14,507 bases of DNA from Tubiluchus corallicola. Lineage: Eukaryota > Animalia > Priapulida. Every line of letters begins with the position of its first letter. Positions within the stretch are counted from its first letter, which is position 1. The stretch lies in contig JAQGDQ010002114.1 in NCBI GenBank assembly GCA_030141605.1, forward strand, positions 1 through 14,507. Direction: 5' to 3'. The notes under the pieces are model-generated. The model did no database searches. It was not told the origin of the DNA and saw only the letters and a program-made list of their open reading frames with translations. Of the stretch, positions 10,553 to 14,507 are shown piece after piece. The position numbers and the translations under genes are program-made.

Positions 10553-12040
10553 TACAGTGCTACTGTAAGATATTCAGTGTGTTGTACTAAAATTAGGCAA
10601 GTTTTAAGACAAAAATTTAAATTTCAAATGTACAGTTGTGCTCACGTATGAGCTGTCGAACGTGTGTAGTTCTTCAGAAACACATCTGAATTGAGAGGTA
10701 CAACACCTGTTTTTGTGCAATTTGTTTCCGAAATGAATGCGCTAAGGCCCGTCTAACTACCGAATGGTGAAATGCATGTAACAGCAAAGAACTAGTGGCG
10801 AGGACGTGAAATTGTGTTTGAGTGGTAATAATTCTATCACGTAAGTCATTTTTTGAAAAAATAGTATGTTTCCTTTCAATATCTTGAAGAGTAGATTGTT
10901 TTGACCTACAGTTTACGATATATTTCCCTTCTTAAACCCTGTTGCACAGCGATTGTCACATTCGCATTACTTATTTATGAGTTCAGTTGTATAAGATCAT
11001 CAAAGCCAACGAAGTAAACATTTAGGCGTGACGGGCGTTTCTGGGGCACCTAGACTGCTATTGAATAATTAACATCACTGTCTTTCTCTGATGACATGAA
11101 ACTTCACTGAGTGTAAATTCGAGAGAGGATTGTAGGCCACTGTAATGAGTTTAAGATTTAAGGGAAAACGGGACGATTGTGTAGACATTAGTTCAAAACG
11201 AAGTATGCTCTAAAATATTGAAAATTACAACCGTTTTTTTAAATCAGAGCTCAGATTAAATAATAATTATTTCGGATGGTTAAATTTCGTTAAACTTTTA
11301 AAGCTACGCGCGGCTCAGCGAATTCATTAAGACTGGCAATGGCACCTTTTTTGTCACATTCGTTTGGCCGACAAATAGGCGCTGTACCGTGATAAGCGTG
11401 ATCATGAACTGCAGTGTGACATCACATCAGTGTCTTCTAGCAATATTCGCTTACGCAAACGTGCTTGACGCGCAGGGTAGGTGCCTGCCATTGCACAAAC
11501 TGTAGTTAGTTTGTGACGTAAGTGAGAGCTGTGTTCGGTTGCCGATAATAACCTTTCATGTTAATTATTCACACATTAGAAACAGTTGCTAACTTTTATA
11601 GTCCAGAAAATGTATATTCTGAACAGTAAATTCGGTCTAATCAATTGTCCGATTTTCCTTTAAAGGAAAACCGGACGCCACCTTAATCAGTAGGTCGAAA
11701 CATTCTACTTTTCAACATATTTAAAGGAAACAAACTGTTTTTTTCAAAAATGACTTACGTGAAAGAATATTACCACATAAACACAATTTCACGTTCGCGC
11801 CACTAGTTCTTCGCTGTTACATGAATTTCACCATTCGCTGGTTAGACGGGCACTAGCGCCTACATTTCAGAATCACATTGCACACAAAACACAGGTGGTG
11901 CACCGCTCAGCTCAGATGCGTTAGTTTGCCAGGTTCGAAAGCTCACGTGTGAGCGCAGCGGTAAATCAGAAATTTGAATTTTTCCTTAAAATTTACCGAG
12001 TTTTCGTAGAACTAACTGAATCTCTTACAGTAGCACTGTA
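10553..12040. mobile_element. Long inverted repeat (~355-bp arms, 10553-10909 and 11690-12040) of DNA-transposon origin
   Basis: The arms align in reverse complement. Examples are gcccgtctaactaccgaatggtgaaatgcatgtaacagcaaagaactagtgg vs ccactagttcttcgctgttacatgaatttcaccattcgctggttagacgggc, and tcacgtaagtcattttt vs aaaaatgacttacgtga. The outer ends are TAcagtgctactgtaaga and tcttacagtagcactgTA. Confidence 0.85.
11162..11659. mobile_element. Kolobok-like MITE with TTAA target-site duplication
   Basis: TTAA(11158-11161)|gggaaaacgggacgattg ... caattgtccgattttcct|TTAA(11660-11663). Imperfect TIRs with RR...YY termini and TTAA flanks fit Kolobok rather than piggyBac (CC...GG). Confidence 0.7.
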
Positions 12041-12062
12041 TTTAACATATTCATGCTGTAAG

Positions 12063-12750
<688 letters not shown>

Positions 12751-12854
12751 CAACTACTAACATCCGTGTCAATATGGTTATACGTTCAAGTTATTACTAA
12801 TTAAAGACATCGTAATTGTTTCTCATAAAAATTATAATGCAAATAATGATATAT

Positions 12855-12935
12855 ATTCAATTCAATTCAATTCAAATTTTTATTTCGGTAACTAAGACCA
12901 TATAAAGTACAAATACAGTACTAAAATGAAATAAA
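12855..12935 (-). mobile_element. Possible LINE (CR1/L2-type) 3' tail
   Basis: The minus strand reads ...tatatggtcttagttacCGAAATAAAaat(ttgaa)4, a poly(A) signal plus pentanucleotide tail. Confidence 0.4.
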
Positions 12936-13060
12936 AATAATGAGTAAACACACATATATATATATATAAATATGTATATATTTATATATATATGTGATAC
13001 ATATTTATATATATATGTGTGTTTACTCATTATTTATATATATATATATATATGTATATA
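12935..13060. repeat. (TA)n tract with flanking perfect inverted repeat
   Basis: aaataatgagtaaacacac (12935-12953) and gtgtgtttactcattattt (13017-13035) enclose TA repeats. Confidence 0.9.
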
Positions 13061-13111
13061 CAGGGTTAGTAAATTAACAGCCAAATAAATTTTAGAAGTA
13101 ATTATATAATA

Positions 13112-13558
13112 CAGTGTCTTCCCTCGCTACTTCGCGGTTCGTTTATCGCGGACTCGCTGTTTCGCGCGTTTTTGCGGTACTCCGTCTAAAGTATTTTTGC
13201 ACATGCGTAGTACGTATTCTACAGTAATGTATAGTTTTGATGAATTTTGCATAAAAAAAATCACAAAATGTAAAAAAAAATATATTAAAACTATTAATTC
13301 TAACATTAAAAGAATATTATAAATCATAGAAAATTACCATTTACAGTAAATACTGTATTTATTCGGCGGATGAATACACACCAAAAACGAAATGTAGTAC
13401 CTGCGCCTGCTTGAGATGCTACTTGCCGACATGAGATTGTGCACAACACACGAATAATATATAATTACGAAAATAAGTATAGCGTCCCTACTTCGCGGAA
13501 ATTCACTTATCGCGGGTGGGGCTGGAACGGAACACCCGCGATAAGTGAGGGAACACTG
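13112..13558. mobile_element. Pogo/Tigger-like (Tc1/mariner superfamily) MITE, 447 bp
   Basis: TA|cagtgtcttccctcgctacttcgcgg ... cccgcgataagtgagggaacactg|TA. It has a TA target-site duplication, imperfect ~24-bp TIRs, reiterated subterminal (ta/tt)tcgcgg motifs and no transposase ORF. Confidence 0.88.
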
Positions 13559-13569
13559 TAATTCGATCC

Positions 13570-13634
13570 ATTTATATTTATATATATATTATACATACGT
13601 TATATATAAAACTATATATATATATATAATACTA

Positions 13635-13672
<38 letters not shown>

Positions 13673-13725
13673 TATATTACTATACCATATACACCATATA
13701 TATACTATACCATACATATATAATT
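13570..13725. repeat. (TA)n low-complexity tract
   Basis: Directly visible. Confidence 0.9.
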
Positions 13726-14124
13726 GTAATAATTAATTTTAATTCAGTAATTAAAACACTAGAACCCTACATAAGGGCACTGATGCGATATAAGAACATT
13801 TTTGTTATTTAGCACACTGAATGTAAGTATATAAATAAACTTATGCAAATTTATTTGCTTTTGCATAATTTGTTACACATACGTAGAACGTATGACTCTG
13901 TGTAGGAGTGATTTCGTCTTCACATTAATCTTATGTACAAAGTTTAAACCATCCACTATCAGTTTGACGATCAAGCAAGTTTATTTAAGTCTGTCTAAAG
14001 CAAATCATGAAAAAGCTGAAGAGTTCAAAGTACAACCGGTGAAAGTGAATGTAGTTGAGTTTGTAGTTGAAGTGAGTATGGTTGAATAGAGATTAGAGAT
14101 TGATTAGAGAACCCAGCGTACTTC

Positions 14125-14507
14125 GTGATGACGACAACGTCGTCGTTGTTGTTGTCGTTGTTGTTGACGATGATAATTGTGATGATAATGATGTTGTTAC
14201 TGTTGTTGTTGTTGTCGTCGTCGTCGTCGTCGTCGTTGTTGTAGCTGCTTTTACTGTTGTTGTTGTTGTTGTTGTTGTTGTTGTAGCTGCTTTTACTGTT
14301 GTTGTTGTTGTTGCTGCTGTTGCTGCTGTTGCTGCTGTTGCTGCTGTTGCTGCTGTTGCTGCTGTTGCTGCTGTTGCTGCTGTTGCTGCTGTTGCTGCTG
14401 TTGCTGCTGTTGCTGCTGTTGCTGCTGTTGCTGCTGTTGCTGCTGTTGCTGTTGTTGCTGTTGTTGCTGTTGTTGCTGTTGTTGCTGTTGTTGCTGTTGT
14501 TGCTGTT
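14125..14507. repeat. Compound GTT/GTC/GCT microsatellite with 9-bp higher-order units (gctgctgtt)n then (gctgttgtt)n
   Basis: Directly visible; runs off the end of the window. Confidence 0.97.

Noticed and set aside
13892-14089. 65-aa ORF with a possible donor gaa|gtgagt near 14072
   Set aside because: No recognisable protein similarity and no convincing acceptor or partner exons; it cannot be supported without RNA data.

Overview
Eukaryotic, AT-rich, microsatellite-dense genomic DNA, probably from an invertebrate animal (an inference from repeat content and protein divergence). The only coding content I can support is the last four exons of a + strand Tolloid/BMP1-family metalloprotease gene (814-1027, 1974-2112, 2695-2806, 3884-4024). 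They splice GT-AG in frame and encode the end of CUB4 and all of CUB5 up to the stop codon. The rest is intron, 3' UTR/intergenic DNA, microsatellites, minisatellites and several non-autonomous DNA transposons (Tc1/mariner-pogo-like and Kolobok-like). The most unusual structure is an 11-copy 80-bp array in the last intron. It amplifies the end of the penultimate exon together with its splice donor, and each unit is fused to the terminus of an adjacent mariner-like MITE. A cluster of related TTAA-bounded elements at about 10.3-12.0 kb forms nested inverted repeats. Nearly all ORFs in the supplied track are repeat artefacts. I see no novel protein-coding system, CRISPR array or RNA gene.
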